Assembly (NCBI GenBank): GCA_028826165.1
Contig: JAPDFW010000067.1
Coordinates: 62,001 to 126,000, forward strand
DNA length: 64,000 nt
Reading direction: 5' to 3'
Source: Anaeramoeba ignava BMAN
Taxonomy: Eukaryota > Protista > Anaeramoebae
Shown: piece by piece, positions 15,286 through 29,900 of the stretch
How positions within the stretch are numbered: position 1 is the first letter of the stretch
Layout: each line of letters opens with the position of its first letter
The notes under the pieces: model-generated
Databases searched by the model: none
Seen by the model: only the letters and a program-made list of their open reading frames with translations
Told to the model about the DNA's origin: nothing
Translations under genes and position numbers: made by a program

Positions 15286-18200
15286 ATGAACAAATCTCAA
15301 TTTAAATCTTTATTTGATCTTTTTAATTTTAACAATTTATTCTTCTTATTTTTCATTTTGAATATTTTTTGGAATTTATCTTTCTTTCATTCTTCATTTG
15401 ATTCATTTAATTCATTTGATTCATTTAATTCTTCATTTAATTCATTTAATTCATTTGATTCATTTAATTCATTTAATTCATTTAATTCATTTAATTCTTC
15501 ATTTAATTCATTTAATTCATTTAATTCTTCATTTAATTCATTTAATTCATTTAATTCTTCATTTGATTCATTTGATTCATTTAATTCATTTAATTCATTT
15601 GATTCATTTAATTCATTTAATTCATTTGATTCATTTAATTCATTTAATTCATTTAATTCATTTGATTCATTTAATTCATTTAATTCATTTAATTCATTTA
15701 ATTCATTTAATTCATTTAATTCATTTAATTCATTTGATTCATTTAATTCATTTAATTCATTTAATTCATTTAATTCATTTAATTCATTTAATTCTTCATT
15801 TAATTCATTTGATTCATTTGATTCATTTGATTCATTTAATTCATTTAATTCTTCATTTAATTCATTTGATTCATTTGATTCATTTAATTTGTAAGAATTT
15901 GTTCAAATTTGATTTTGATTTTAATTTTTTTCAATTTTATTAATTTTCATTTTTTTTTTTTTGATTAAATTAAAGAAAATTAAAACAAATTCAATCATCA
16001 AATCATTCTCAAAAATTAGAAAATCAAAAAAATAAAAAAGAATTACCAACAATAATAATTCAAAATGAAGGAAATTTACCAAAAGAAATAAAATATCAAG
16101 CAATTATGTTTGGAAGAGGAAATGTTTTTTTTACAAATCAAAAAATTATATTTGATATGAATAACGGAATTGTTGAAATGAATCTTCAAAATTCTTCTTT
16201 ACAAAATTTAAAATCTTTTAATATTTCTTCAACAAAAGCAAACATTTTCAAAGGAATAAATAATCAAAACTATCAAACTGGATTACAAACTTATTCAGAA
16301 ATTATTTATTCAAATGTTTATCCAAATATTGATCTTCATTTCTTCATTTCAAATTCAAATAATTTAAAAAGTAAATTTGTTATCAAAAATCCATTTGATT
16401 TTCAAAATATCATTTGGAATTATTCATTTTTCTCAAAATCAAAATCAACATCATCAACATCAACATCAACATCAACATCAACATCAACATCAACATCAAC
16501 ATCAAAATCAACATCAAAATCAACATCCAACTCAATTCAAAATCAAAATCAAAATCAAAATCAAATTCAAAATCAAAATCAAAATCAAAATCAAATTCAA
16601 ATTCAAATTCAAAATCAAAATCGAAATCAAAATCAAAATCAAAATCAAAATCAAATTCAAATTCAAAATCAAAATCAAAATCAAATTCAAAATCAAAATC
16701 AAAATCAAAATCAAAATCAAATTCAAAATCAAAATCAAATTCAAAATCAAAATCAAAATCAAAATGAAAAGATAAAAAAAGAAAAAGAATTTAAAATTGA
16801 AGTTAAAAATGGAGAAATGTATCTTAAAAATGAAAGAAATGAAATAATTTTGATTGAATCTCAACCAATATTTTATCAAAAAAATATTCATTCATTTGCA
16901 AATTTTGTTATTCATAAATCAAAAAATTCAAATCAATTTGAAATCAAATATCAAATTAATTTTGATGAAATAAATCCAAAAGAAATATTAATAATTGATC
17001 CAGAATATTCAACTTATATTGGAAAATCATCATTAGATATTGGAATAAAAGCAATAAGTTATTTAAATGGAGAATCAATTATTACAGGATATACAAATAG
17101 TATTGATTTCCCAATAACTGATGGTTCTTATAATCAATCAACAAATATTCAAGGAAATTTTGATATTTTTGTTTTAAAAATGAATGAATTTGGAAATGAA
17201 ACTGAATGGTCTATTGTATTTGGAACAAGTTTAAATGAATATCCATCTGATATCCAATTAGATTCACAAGGAAATCCAATAATTACTGGTTATACTGAAA
17301 AATCATTCAAAAATAATGCAAGTGATGAAGATATTTTCCCAACATCAATAAATGCATATAAAACAGAATGTATAAGTCAACAAGAATCAGGATTCGTTAC
17401 TAAATTTAATTCAAGTGGAGAATCAATTATTTGGTCTACTTTATTATGTGGTGAAAGTTTTGTTCATTCAAATGGAATTGAACTTGATTCAAATGATAAT
17501 ATATTTATTATTGGTCAAACAAATGGTTATTTTCCTGAAGAAAATCAAACAAAATGTGATTTCAAATTAAGATATGATGGATTTATTTGTGAATTAAAAA
17601 ATAATGGAGAAGAATTAATTGAAACAAGATGTTTTGGAGGAATTCATGATGATATTCCAATGAGTCTTAAATATTATGAAGAAAAAGAATATATAGCAAT
17701 TACTGGATATACAACATCACAAGATTTTCCAACAAATTCAACAGTAATTCAACCAATTTTTTCAGGAAGTACTTCATATTCAAATTGTTTTATAATGAAA
17801 ATTAATTCAAACAATTTAGAAATTGAATGGTCAACATTTCTTGGAGATATTTCAAATGATTATTGTTATTCAATTGATATTGATAAAACTAATAATACAA
17901 TTTGGGTTGGAGGTGAAACAAGTTCATTTTATTTCCCAACTACACCTGATGCATATCAAAAAGAATTAAGTGGATTAATAAATGGAATATTTTTCAGAAT
18001 TAATGAATATGGAAATAGTTTACTTTACTCATCATTCTTTTCTCCAGATCCAACACAAATTTTTGAAATAAATTCATTAAAAATTGATACATTAGAAAGA
18101 ATTATAATTTCAGGAAGTGGAACGTTACCTGATTTAGAAAATATAATCTATAATTTTGGAATAGGAGGATTTTTTGTAATTTTTGATAAATTTGGAAAAG

Positions 18201-19477
18201 AAAATTTGGGAAATGTAAGTATTGGAGGAATTATTAATCAAATATATGTTGATGAAGAAAACAATCCAATAATAACTGGATATTCAATAAATTCATTAAT
18301 TACAACAAATGGAAGTTATCAAGAAGAAAGTGGAGGAAATAAAGATTGTATTTTAATTAGAATAAAAAATTGCCAAGCAGGATATTCAGGAATAAGTTGG
18401 AGTGAATGTATTGAATGTTTAGCTGGTACATATTCAACAGGAGGAAGCAGTGAATGTTTAGAATGTAATTATGGAGAATATTCAGAACAAAATGGTTCAA
18501 GTTCATGTTCTAAATGTTTATCAGGAACATTCAATAACAAAACAGGGCAAAATTCAAGTGAATCATGTATTACATGTTTATCAGGATATTATTCAAATGA
18601 AGGATGGAAATATTGTTTAGAATGTTTTGAAGGAACTATTTCAAATGAAAATAAAAGTGAATGTATTTCATGTTATAATGGAAGTTATTCAAATGAAAAT
18701 CATACAGAATGTATAAATTGCTCAGCAGGATATTATTCAAATGAAAATCATACAGGATGTATTTCATGTTCATCAGGATATTATTCAAATGAAGGATCAG
18801 GAGAATGTATTGGATGTTCAGCAGGAACATTTTCAAATGAAAATCATACAGAATGTATAAATTGCTCAGCAGGATATTATTCAAATGAAAATAGTGGAGA
18901 ATGTATTTTATGTTCATCAGGATATTATTCAAGTGAAGGATCAGAAGAATGTACTGGATGTCCAGCAGGAACATTTTCAAATCCAGAACATACAGAATGT
19001 TTAGATTGTTTAGATGGATATTATTCATTGAAACAAAAAAATGAATGTATTCCTTGTTTAGCAGGAACATATTCAAATGAAAATCACACAGAATGTTGTT
19101 TATGTTCATCAGGATATTATTCATTTAACTATTCAAAAGAATGTATTCCATGTTCAGCAGGATATTATTCAAATGAAAATCATACAGGATGTATTTCATG
19201 TTCATCAGGATATTATTCAAATGAAGGATCAGGAGAATGTACTGGATGTCCAGCAGGAACATATAATCCAAAAACAACACAAACAAGTGAAGAATGTTGT
19301 ATTGAATGTGAAGATGGAAAATTTAATCCATTTATTGGAAAAAGTTATTGTGAATATTGTGAACCAGGAACACATCCAAATGAAGATAAAACACAATGCC
19401 TTGAAAATCCACCAATTTCTTCTTCTTTCATTCTTCTTTCTTCTTTTCCATTCTTTTTTCTTTTCTTTTTCTTTTAA
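15286..19477 (+). CDS. Secreted/surface protein, ~1368 aa: signal-like N-terminus, long (SFN)n repeat, SBBP-type beta-propeller with ST/QN insert, Cys-rich repeats, hydrophobic C-tail. Exons 15,286-15,890 and 15,976-19,477
   Basis: Intron 15,891-15,975 (GTAAG...TAAAG) joins the 202-aa ORF in frame to LKLKQ...IIQNEGNLPKEIKYQAIMFGRG; C-end SSFILLSSFPFFFLFFFF. Confidence 0.88.
15391..15888 (+). repeat. Coding 9-bp TCATTT(A/G)AT repeat (SFN/SFD), ~166 aa
   Basis: Visible tandem repeat inside exon 1. Confidence 0.9.
16435..16765 (+). repeat. Coding hexamer repeats (ACATCA)n = ST and (CAAAAT)n = QN; mirrored at ~13,365-13,700
   Basis: Visible in sequence and ORF translation. Confidence 0.9.
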
Positions 19478-19582
19478 TCAAATTTCTTTTTCTTTTTCTT
19501 TTAAATCAAAGTCAATTAAAATCATTTTTTTAAAAGAAAGAAAAAATCAAAAAAGGAAAAAAATTATTTTTTTTTTGAAAAA

Positions 19583-22500
19583 ATGGAATTTGAAAAATTT
19601 ATGGAAAAAAAAGAGAAATTTTAGTAAGTTTTGATAAATTAATTTAAATTTAAACAAAAATAACAAAATGAATTAGCTTTTTTTTTGGTTTTCCTTCAGG
19701 AAAGCAAAATAACTTAATATCAGTAGATAAAAAAACCATATTATATTCTGGAAAAACAAGGCTTATTTGGCAAAACATAGAAACAGAAGAACAAGAGCAA
19801 ATGGAAATTAGAGAAAAAAAAGAAGAGAAAATCGAGATCAAATCAATTGACATTCATCCAAAAAAGAAGAACATACTTGGATTAGCAGAAACAACAGGGA
19901 TAAAAATAATTGATATTGAAAAGAAAGTATGTGTGAATAAGATGAAGGAAAATCAAGAGAGAATAAGTTGTATAAAATTTAGTCCGAGCGGAGAGATACT
20001 TGCAAGTATCGGCTCAGAACCTGATGTGATTTTATATCTTTGGGATTGGCAGAAAGGAAATGTTCTACTTCTTTCTCAGGCATCCTTTCAGCCTGTTCTT
20101 GGAATATCCTTTATCAATGAACAAAATTTTGTGACTTATGGTGTTGCTCATTTGCGTCTTTGGGAAATAGCAAATACTTTCACTGGACTTAAACTCAAAT
20201 CAAAGAATGGGAAGTTTGGCAGTAGTGATATTGCAAATATCCTTGTTTGTGTTGGTCTTCCAAATGGAAATGTCCTGTCAGGAACTGACAGAGGATCTTT
20301 TATTGTTTGGACTGGAAATCATGTGAAAAAGGAGTACTTTTCTTGCCATTCAAAGGAAATCACGATTATTCAGATTTTAGGAGAAAGAAAAGAAATTCTT
20401 TCTTCTGGAAAAGATGGGGTGATTAGGAAATGGAAAATGGAAGATTTCGAAGATTGTCCGAATGATTTGGTTTGCCTCAAGGAAATTCGTCTTCTTGAGA
20501 AGAGCTGCATTAGCAACATGACAAAAATTGGGAAAGAAAATTGGGTTGTTCAAGATGATTCGGGATATTTATGGAAAATTTCTGGAATTGAGTCTGATCA
20601 AGAAACGGAAGAAAAAAATGTTGAAAAGCATATTATACTTAATTTCCAAGGAGGAAAAACACACAATCATCTATTTCATCCAAAAAATCCTATTTGTGTT
20701 CTTTCTGATACTCAAAACACATTTAGATTACTCAATTTACAAAGCAAAAAGATCATTTATTCAAGACAATTTAATTCAATGTCATCTTTTTTGAAGTTTT
20801 TCTCTGGAAATGAAGATGATAATTATGGAACAGTGATTGTGAGTGGATTTGTGGATGGAGTTGTGAGAATACTCAAATTGAGCTCTGAAAATTTCAAATT
20901 AATAAGTGTTTTCAAGCCTCATAACTCTCCAATTACTCAATTAATTTGGAATCAGGAAAGATCTTTGTTTGTGAGTTTTTGTGAAGATGAAAATTCACTT
21001 TTTGTTTTTCGGAATATCAATCAATTTGAAAAGATGGAACCTTTAGGAATGATTGCTTTATCAGAAATATCATCCATTTCTTTTAGTAATGACTGGGAAA
21101 TAGTGCTGAAATATCATTCGAAAGCTAATCAAATTATGGATGTGAAGAAAATGATGGAAAAAATAGATTTAAATTTGGAAGAAAGCAAATCATTTATTGT
21201 TAAAATGGATGAGTGGATTGTTAGAAACGATAATTCTTATCAAGAAAAGAAGGATGAATTTGTAAAAGATGACTATCCATGCCAGGAAGATTTTGGTTCT
21301 TTTGTGATATTTTTGGAAGAAGATGGAACAGTTATTATTGATTTGAAAGAAGATGGATATGTTTGGGAACAAAAAACAAATTTGAGTTTTCCACAAAATG
21401 ATGGGATTATTGAAGTTGAAGATCTTTCTTCTGGTTGCCTTAGTCTTGAAGATGAAAAGCAATTTAAATATCAACAAAATCTTGAGCAAGAAGCAGACAA
21501 ACAAAAAGAATCAGTGAAGAAAGAGCTCAAAAAAATCAAAAATAAATATTCAAATTGGGTTTTGGATAACCAAAAACAAGATGGAAGAGGGCTAATAGTT
21601 GATCCAACATTATTCATTTTAGATTCAAAACTTGGGATAGAGTTAGAAAAGGAAGAGCAGAAACAAATAAAAAGTTGTGAATATTTTTGGAATCAGATCC
21701 TGGATGATTTCCAAAAAAAAATTCAAACTTTTCGAGAATTTTGTGACGCGAATATCAGTATAAGAAAAGATGAAATTTTGAGAATCAAAAGGATAAAAGA
21801 AATTCAATCATTTCCTTTAACAAAATCGGAAGAGAAAGCAAATGAGGAAAGATTTATAAACACAAATGAAAGCGATGAAAATAAAATAGATAAAGAAAAC
21901 ACAAGTGAGATATTCAAAAGAAATTTAAGTGGATTAAATTTTCCTAAAATCAAATTAGAAAGAGTGGAAATTGGATCTTATCTTTCTGAATTAGAAATAC
22001 AGCCTCCAAAACAATTTTGTCAATTTGGTACAACAAATATTCTTGCTACTGAAGAATCTAAAATAATTGCACGCAGAGAATGTAGACACAAGTTTATGAA
22101 ATTTTGGGAAAATTTAATGAAGAAACCAAGAAATCTTTTGAAACCTGCTGAAAAAAAAGCTATTTTGGCTGCTGAGAAAGATATTGGTGCTTTGATTTTT
22201 CGATTTAAAACTGAAGAGGATCTGAAATTTTTTTCCTCAAAACCAATTTTTGCTATCGAAAAGAAAAACAAAATCGAGAAGTATTCACAAAAGATTGTAG
22301 AATTGAAGAAATTATTCAACAACAAAATTCAAGATTTCAACTCAAAAATAAGCAAATCCCAAATCATTTTGGAAAGACATGAAAATGCTCGTTCACAATT
22401 TAAAAGGCAAAAGGGACGACTTAATGAGGAAATAGGAAATGAGAAATCAAGCAAATTTTTGGAATTGAAAAAAATGCAAAACGATTTGAAAATTGAAATG

Positions 22501-23796
22501 TGTGAAAGAATCCAGAAAAGTCTTGAAGAAGATGTTGAAAAAAATTTGGAAGAATTAATTTGTGAAAAAATCAAACTTGAAGAACGAATTAGCGAAGCAG
22601 AGTTGAAAATGCAAGGATTTGAAAAGGAAAAATTGATTCTTACCGAAATGGAAAATGTTGATCAGGAAACACAAAGAAAACTCGAAGAGAAACAAAAAGA
22701 AAAGAAAGGGATAGAGAAGATGATTGAAGATTTAGAAGGGAAAGTTGAAGAAAAAAAAGAGCTATTTCGCGAAAAACAAAAAGAATTGGGGAATTTGGAA
22801 ACAAAGTTCAAAAAAGAAATTGAAGAAAAAAATGATGAATGTTTCATGGATTTAACAAGAATCTACATGAAAAATATAAAAAGAAGAAAAGAATCAAACA
22901 AAGAAAAAGAAATTGAAGATGAAAATGAAGAGAATCAAGATATCTTTATGGAATCTGGTGATGATTCTTTTTCAGATGAAGAATATTCCGATTTTGAAAT
23001 TGAAAATGAGCATTTTTCCAATGTAAACTCAAAAAAGGATGAAATACCAGAAGGATGTGAAATGGAACTTTTTAATTACACAATTTTGGAACGAGAAAAG
23101 AGATTGGATTGTGTAGAAGAAATGAAAGAAATGCAGCATCAAATGGATTTTTTTGAGAAAGAAAAAGCAAATCAAATGCAGAAATTATCTTTTTTAACGA
23201 AAATTATCACAAAAATTGAACAAGAATATCAACAACTGCAACTGAAAAAAAAACAGAAAACAAACAATGTTTCATTTTCTTTTGCAATTAAATCAAGCCA
23301 AATCAAAGACTCTAAGTTCAATCCTTTGGAATATTTTGAAGGAGATGGTTCGCAAAGAAATTGGGTTTTTATTCAAGAAGAAATTTTCCAAATTCAAAAA
23401 CAAATTATCCAAAATTTACAAAAGGAGAATCAAGAATTTTTATTGGAGTTCAATGAAGTGAGAAAAAAATATTCTGAAATGAAAAGAGTTTATTCAGAAA
23501 AAATTGATTGTGAAATGAAAACAAAAGAGAAATTAAAAGAAGTGCAACTCTCAAAATTTGGAAAACAAATTTCACTTGAAGATGTTGAAAAGGCAAGTGT
23601 AAATGAGAAAGCGAATGAGTTGAAAAGTAAATTGGCTAAGAATGAATTAAGAAGAAAAAAGGATTTAGAAAAATGGGATCGTAAAATTCTTCATAAAAGA
23701 AAGGAGCTAATGAATTTGATTAAAGTGAATACAGAAAATATTAATCAGCTTGCCAATTTAAAGATGAATTTAAAATTACAAAAGAAAAAAGATTAA
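19583..23796 (+). CDS. CFAP44: Cilia- and flagella-associated protein 44 (WD40 + coiled coil), ~1386 aa. Exons 19,583-19,623 and 19,677-23,796
   Basis: Motifs recalled from CFAP44: WEIANTFTGLKL, LPNGNVLSGTDRG, CHSKEI, C-terminal KFGKQISLE; 53-bp GTAAGT...TTAG intron extends the ORF in frame to MEFEKF. Confidence 0.8.
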
Positions 23797-23913
23797 TTTA
23801 GAAAACGAGAATTTTTAGTTGTTTTTATTTTGTGAAAAAATTTTTGAATGGAAAGAGAGAAAAGTAAAAGTAAAAAGAAAGAAAGAAAGAAAGAATTCTG
23901 ATTATTATTTTTT

Positions 23914-26900
23914 CTATTTTTTGAGGAAATGTTCAATATCAATTTCAATCGCTGAACAGGGATTAAGAATTGAGAAATTTTTCAAAACAAGTGGATGAAC
24001 AATTCCAATAATTCCTATTTCTGTTTTTCCATGATAAATTTGAGCGCATCTTTTTTCAAAGAAACTTGGATCTAAACAAAAACAAAAACAAAAACAAAAA
24101 GAATAAGAATAAGAAAAAAAAGAGAATAAATTGGATTTAGAATTGAAAAATTTGTTTACGAATAGTTTCTTTAAGATAATAAGCATTTGGGTCTTTTTGA
24201 GTAGAATCCCATTTGATTCCTAAAACTTGCATTACTCTATCTAAAAGACCATGAATTGACTTAAAAAGGAAAAATAATAAAATTAATAATTGAAAATTGA
24301 AAATAAAATTGAATTGAGTTTAATTACTTCAAATCCGGACCTATTGCTGTCAACATAGAGAGCAGCCAATTTACGAATGTTTTTTGCGCCAGTTTCTTTT
24401 TTTTCATCTAAAACAACAATTTCGGAAATTTCGAAAAGTTTAATTGGTAATTTGACATCTCTTGAAGAGGTATAAGTTTTGAGTAAACCAGGAATTAAAG
24501 AGATTCTTGGAATCTAAATGAAAAAGAAAAGAAAAATTTAGATAAATTATGAAAATTGTTTTGTTTGTGGTTTTTTTTTTGAAAAGAAATACTTGAAAAT
24601 CGGTTGTTTTTGGATTTTGAATGACACAAGCTGTTTTTCCGTCATCTTCCATTCTCATATTTTCGAAGCAGTCTTGATGTGAAGAAAGAGCGAAATTCAA
24701 AACTTCAGTGAAACCACATTGAGAAACTTCAATTCTGAGGAGTTCAGTAAGATGATTAAGAGGTTGTTGAGTTGCGATAGTGTTTGATTTTGGGGTTGTT
24801 GGAACGATATTGTTGTATCCATAAGCGATAGCTACATCTTCTGCGATATCGCAAGGATGAAGGATATCTGAACGAGTTGGTGGGACAATGATAGTTAGTT
24901 CGTGATCGATAGTGTCTTGTTTTTGGATTGTTTTTCTTTTTTCTTTGTTTTCTTCTAACATCATTTTTTCTAAAAGTGTTGAGATTTGGTCTGCGGTTAA
25001 TTTAACTCCGCAAACTTTGTTAATATAAGAAATTTGAATTGGAACTTCTCTGTATTGGAGTTCTGGGAAAGTTGTTTTAGTAATGCCGTCTGAATGAATA
25101 ACTTCAACTGAATGAGCACTAAATTTTTATATTCATTTTTAAAATAAATTTATAAATAAATTTTGAAATAAATTTATAAATAAATTTTTAAATAAATTTT
25201 GAAATAAATTTTAAAATAAATTTTTATCCGATTTTGAAATAAATTTATAAATAAATTTTAAAATAAATTTTTAAATAAATTTTGAAATAAATTTTTAAAT
25301 AAATTTTGAAATAAATTTTTAAATAAATTTTTATCCGATTTATAAATAAATTTTTAAATAAATTTTTAAATAAATTTTTAAATAAATTTTTAAATAAATT
25401 TTTAAATAAATTTATAAATAAATTTTTAAATAAATTTATAAATAAATTTTTAAATAAATTTATAAATAAATTTATAAATAAATTTTTAAATAAATTTTTA
25501 AATAAATTTATAAATAAATTTTTAAATAAATTTATAAATAGATTTTGAAATAAATTTTGAAATAAATTTTGAAATAAATTTATAAATAAATTTTGAAATA
25601 AATTTATAAATAAATTTTTAAATAAATTTTTAAATAAATATTGAAATAAATTTTTAAATAAATTTTTAAATAAATTTTTAAATAAATTTTTTATATAAAT
25701 TTTTATCCGATTTTGAAATAAATTTTTAAATAAATTTTTAAATAAATTTTTAAATAAATTTTTAAATAAATTTTTAAATAAATTTTAAATAAATTTTTAA
25801 ATAAATATTGAAATAAATTTTTTAAATAAATTTATAAATAAATTTATAAATAAATTTTTAAATAAATTTTTAAATAAATTTTTAAATAAATTTTAAAATA
25901 AATTTTTAAATAAATTTATAAATAAATTTTTAAATAAATTTTAAAATAAATTTTTGAAATAAATTTTGAAATAAATTCATAAATAAATTTTAAAATAAAT
26001 TTTTATCCGATTTTGAAATAAATTTATAAATAAATTTTAAAATAAATTTTTAAATAAATTTTGAAATAAATTTTGAAATAAATTTATAAATAAATTTTTA
26101 AATAAATTTTTAAATAAATTTTAAATAAATTTTTATCCGATTTATAAATAAATTTTTAAATAAATTTTTAAATAAATTTTTAAATAAATTTTAAATAAAT
26201 TTTTAAATAAATTTATAAATAAATTTTTAAATAAATTTATAAATAAATTTTTAAATAAATTTATAAATAAATTTTTAAATAAATTTATAAATAAATTTTT
26301 AAATAAATTTATAAATAAATTTTTAAATAAATTTATAAATAAATTTTTAAATAAATTTATAAATAGATTTTGAAATAAATTTTGAAATAAATTTTGAAAT
26401 AAATTTATAAATAAATTTTGAAATAAATTTATAAATAAATTTTTAAATAAATTTTTAAATAAATATTGAAATAAATTTTTAAATAAATTTTTAAATAAAT
26501 TTTTAAATAAATTTTGAAATAAATTTTTAAATAAATTTTTATATAAATTTTTATCCGATTTTGAAATAAATTTTTAAATAAATTTTTAAATAAATTTTTA
26601 AATAAATTTTTAAATAAATTTTTAAATAAATATTGAAATAAATTTTTAAATAAATTTATAAATAAATTTATAAATAAATTTTTAAATAAATTTTTAAATA
26701 AATTTTTAAATAAATTTTAAAATAAATTTTTAAATAAATTTATAAATAAATTTTTAAATAAATTTTAAAATAAATTTTGAAATAAATTTTGAAATAAATT
26801 CATAAATAAATTTTAAAATAAATTTTTATCCGATTTTGAAATAAATTTTTAAATAAATTTTTAAATAAATATTGAAATAAATTTTTAAATAAATTTTGAA

Positions 26901-29900
26901 ATAAATTTTTAAATAAATTTTTATATAAATTTATAAAATAAATTTTTAAATAAATTTTTAAATAAATTTATAAATAAATTTAGAAATAAATTTTGAAATA
27001 AATTTATAAATAAATTTTTAAATAAATTTTGAAATAAATTTTGAAAATAAATTTTAAATAAATTTTTAAATAAATTTATAAATAAATTTTTAAATAAATT
27101 TTTAAATAAATTTTAAAATAAATTTTAAAATAAATTTATAAATAAATTTTAAAATAAATTTTGAAATAAATTTTTATATAAATTTTGAAATAAATTTTAA
27201 AATAAATTTTTATATAAATTTTGAAATAAATTTTGAAATAAATTTTTATATAAATTTTGAAATAAATTTTGAAATCAATTTATAAACAAATTTTGAAATA
27301 AATTTTGAAATAAATACCTGAATGGTTCTTCGCAATATTGAGAAAACATAGCAATTATTGTATCAAGAACAATCTTAGCTTTTGTAATATCAGTTGCAGT
27401 GCATTCAATAAAAACATTTTTGTATTTTAAAGTAATTTTGGAATGATCACCATTTATAATTGGAGGTAGAGATAAAACAACTCTTTTTGAATCATAAATA
27501 ACTGGATAAACAGGTGAATCTCTAATTATATGAAGAAAATGTTTGAGTTTAAGATCATTTTCATAAAATTCCATTAATTCATTTGCGTTCATTTCCTTTG
27601 TTTGATTTAACGGAATGAATTTAATATCTTCTGGTTTTAATGCTTCATAAGTGAATGGTGGTGTTAATGTATCTAAATCGTGTGTTCCAATCGCTACTAA
27701 TGTTCTTCTTCTGCAGATGTTTTGATGTAATTTATCTTGTAAATCAATAAAACTTTGGAATCTATCTTCATTGAAGACAATATTTTTAAGAACTGCAGAA
27801 ACAATGAATGGTCTAATTTGTTTTGTCTATTTTTGAATTTAATTTTAATTTGAATTATTTTTGAATTCAATTTTAATTTAATTTTACTTCTTCTTTGACT
27901 GTTATAACATGATTTTCTGATAGTTTTGGCTTTTTTATGAAATGTGGAGATTTCTTTCTTTGAAGAAAGCAATTAAGTGCTTGTGATAATCCTTCTAAAC
28001 ATAATAAATCATATCTTTGTATTATTAAATCAAATTTTAATTATTAATTTCTAGATAAAACGAATATTTTTTTCTGAAAAATAAAATATTAACCTATTTG
28101 CTGGTACATCAATTTTATAAATTGTAACATCATTTCCATCTTGGTTTTCAATAATCTTTTATATCAAAATAAAAAATATATTAAATATATTATTTATATT
28201 AAATATATTATTTATATTAAATATATTAAATATATTATTTATATTAAATATATTAAATATATTATTTATATTAAATATATTAAATATATTATTTATATTA
28301 AATATATTAAATATATTATTTATATTAAACATATTATTTATATTAAATATATTATTTATATTAAATATATTATAAATATATTATTTATTATTTACATTAA
28401 ATATATTATTTATATTATTTACATTAAATATATTATTTACATTATTTATATATTATTTATATTAAATATATTATTTATTTATATTATTTATATTATTTTA
28501 TTTATATATTATTTATATTATTATTTTTATATTATTTTATATTTTTAAATATATTAAATATAATATATTTATATTAAATATATTATTTATATTAAATATA
28601 TTATTTATATTATTTTATATTAAATATATTATTTATATTAAATATATTATTTTTATATTAAATATATTATAATATTTATATTATTTATATTAAATATATT
28701 ATTTATATTAAAATATAAATATTTATATTTTTATATTAATTTATATTATTTTATATTATTTATATTATTTATATTATTTAACATTTTTTTTTTAAATAAT
28801 ATATTTATTTTATATTAAATATTATTGTTTATATTAAAATATACATTTATATAAAATATATTATTTTTATATTATTTTATATATTTACAATTAAATATAT
28901 TATTTTATATTATTTATATATTATTTTATTTTTTATATTAAAATATATTTATATTGTTTTATTATTAAATATTTTATATTATTTTACATTATTTATATTA
29001 AATATATTATTTTATATTAATATTTTATATTATTTAAACATATATTATTTTTATAAATATATTATTTTATATTAAATAATATTTTTATATTAATGTATTA
29101 TTTTAAAATATTTTTTATTTTATAATAAATATAATATTTATTTTATAAATATTTATTAAATATAATAATTTATATTATTTTTATTATTTATAATAAATAT
29201 ATTATTTATGTTATTTATATTTTATGAAACAAATATATTTTTATATTAAAATATTTATTTATACATTTACATATTTATATTATTTTATATTAAAATATTA
29301 ATATAATACAAAATTATATATTTTATAATAAATATATTATTTATATTAAATATGTTATTTATTTATTGTTAAAATATATAAAAATATATTAATTTTTATA
29401 TTATTTATATTTTTATATTATTTTATATTAAAACATATATTAAATTATATTATTTATATTATTTTTATATTATTTTATATTAATATTTATAATTATGTTT
29501 ATTTATATTTTTTATTAAATATATTATTTACATTAAATATATTTAAATATATTATTTATATTAAATATATTATTTATGAGCATAAATATATTAAAAATAT
29601 AAATATATTATTTATATTAGTTATATTATTTTATATTAAATATATTAAATATATTATTTATATTAAAATTATTTATATTAAAATTTATTTATATTAAAAT
29701 AATATTTATTATAAATATATTATTTATATTATTTATTAAATATATTATTTATATTAAATATATTATTTATATTATAACATATATTTATTTTATATTTTAT
29801 ATTAAAATATAATTAAATTAATTATATTAAATATATTATTTATATTAATTATATTATTTATATTATTTATATTAATTATATTAAATATATTATTTATTAA

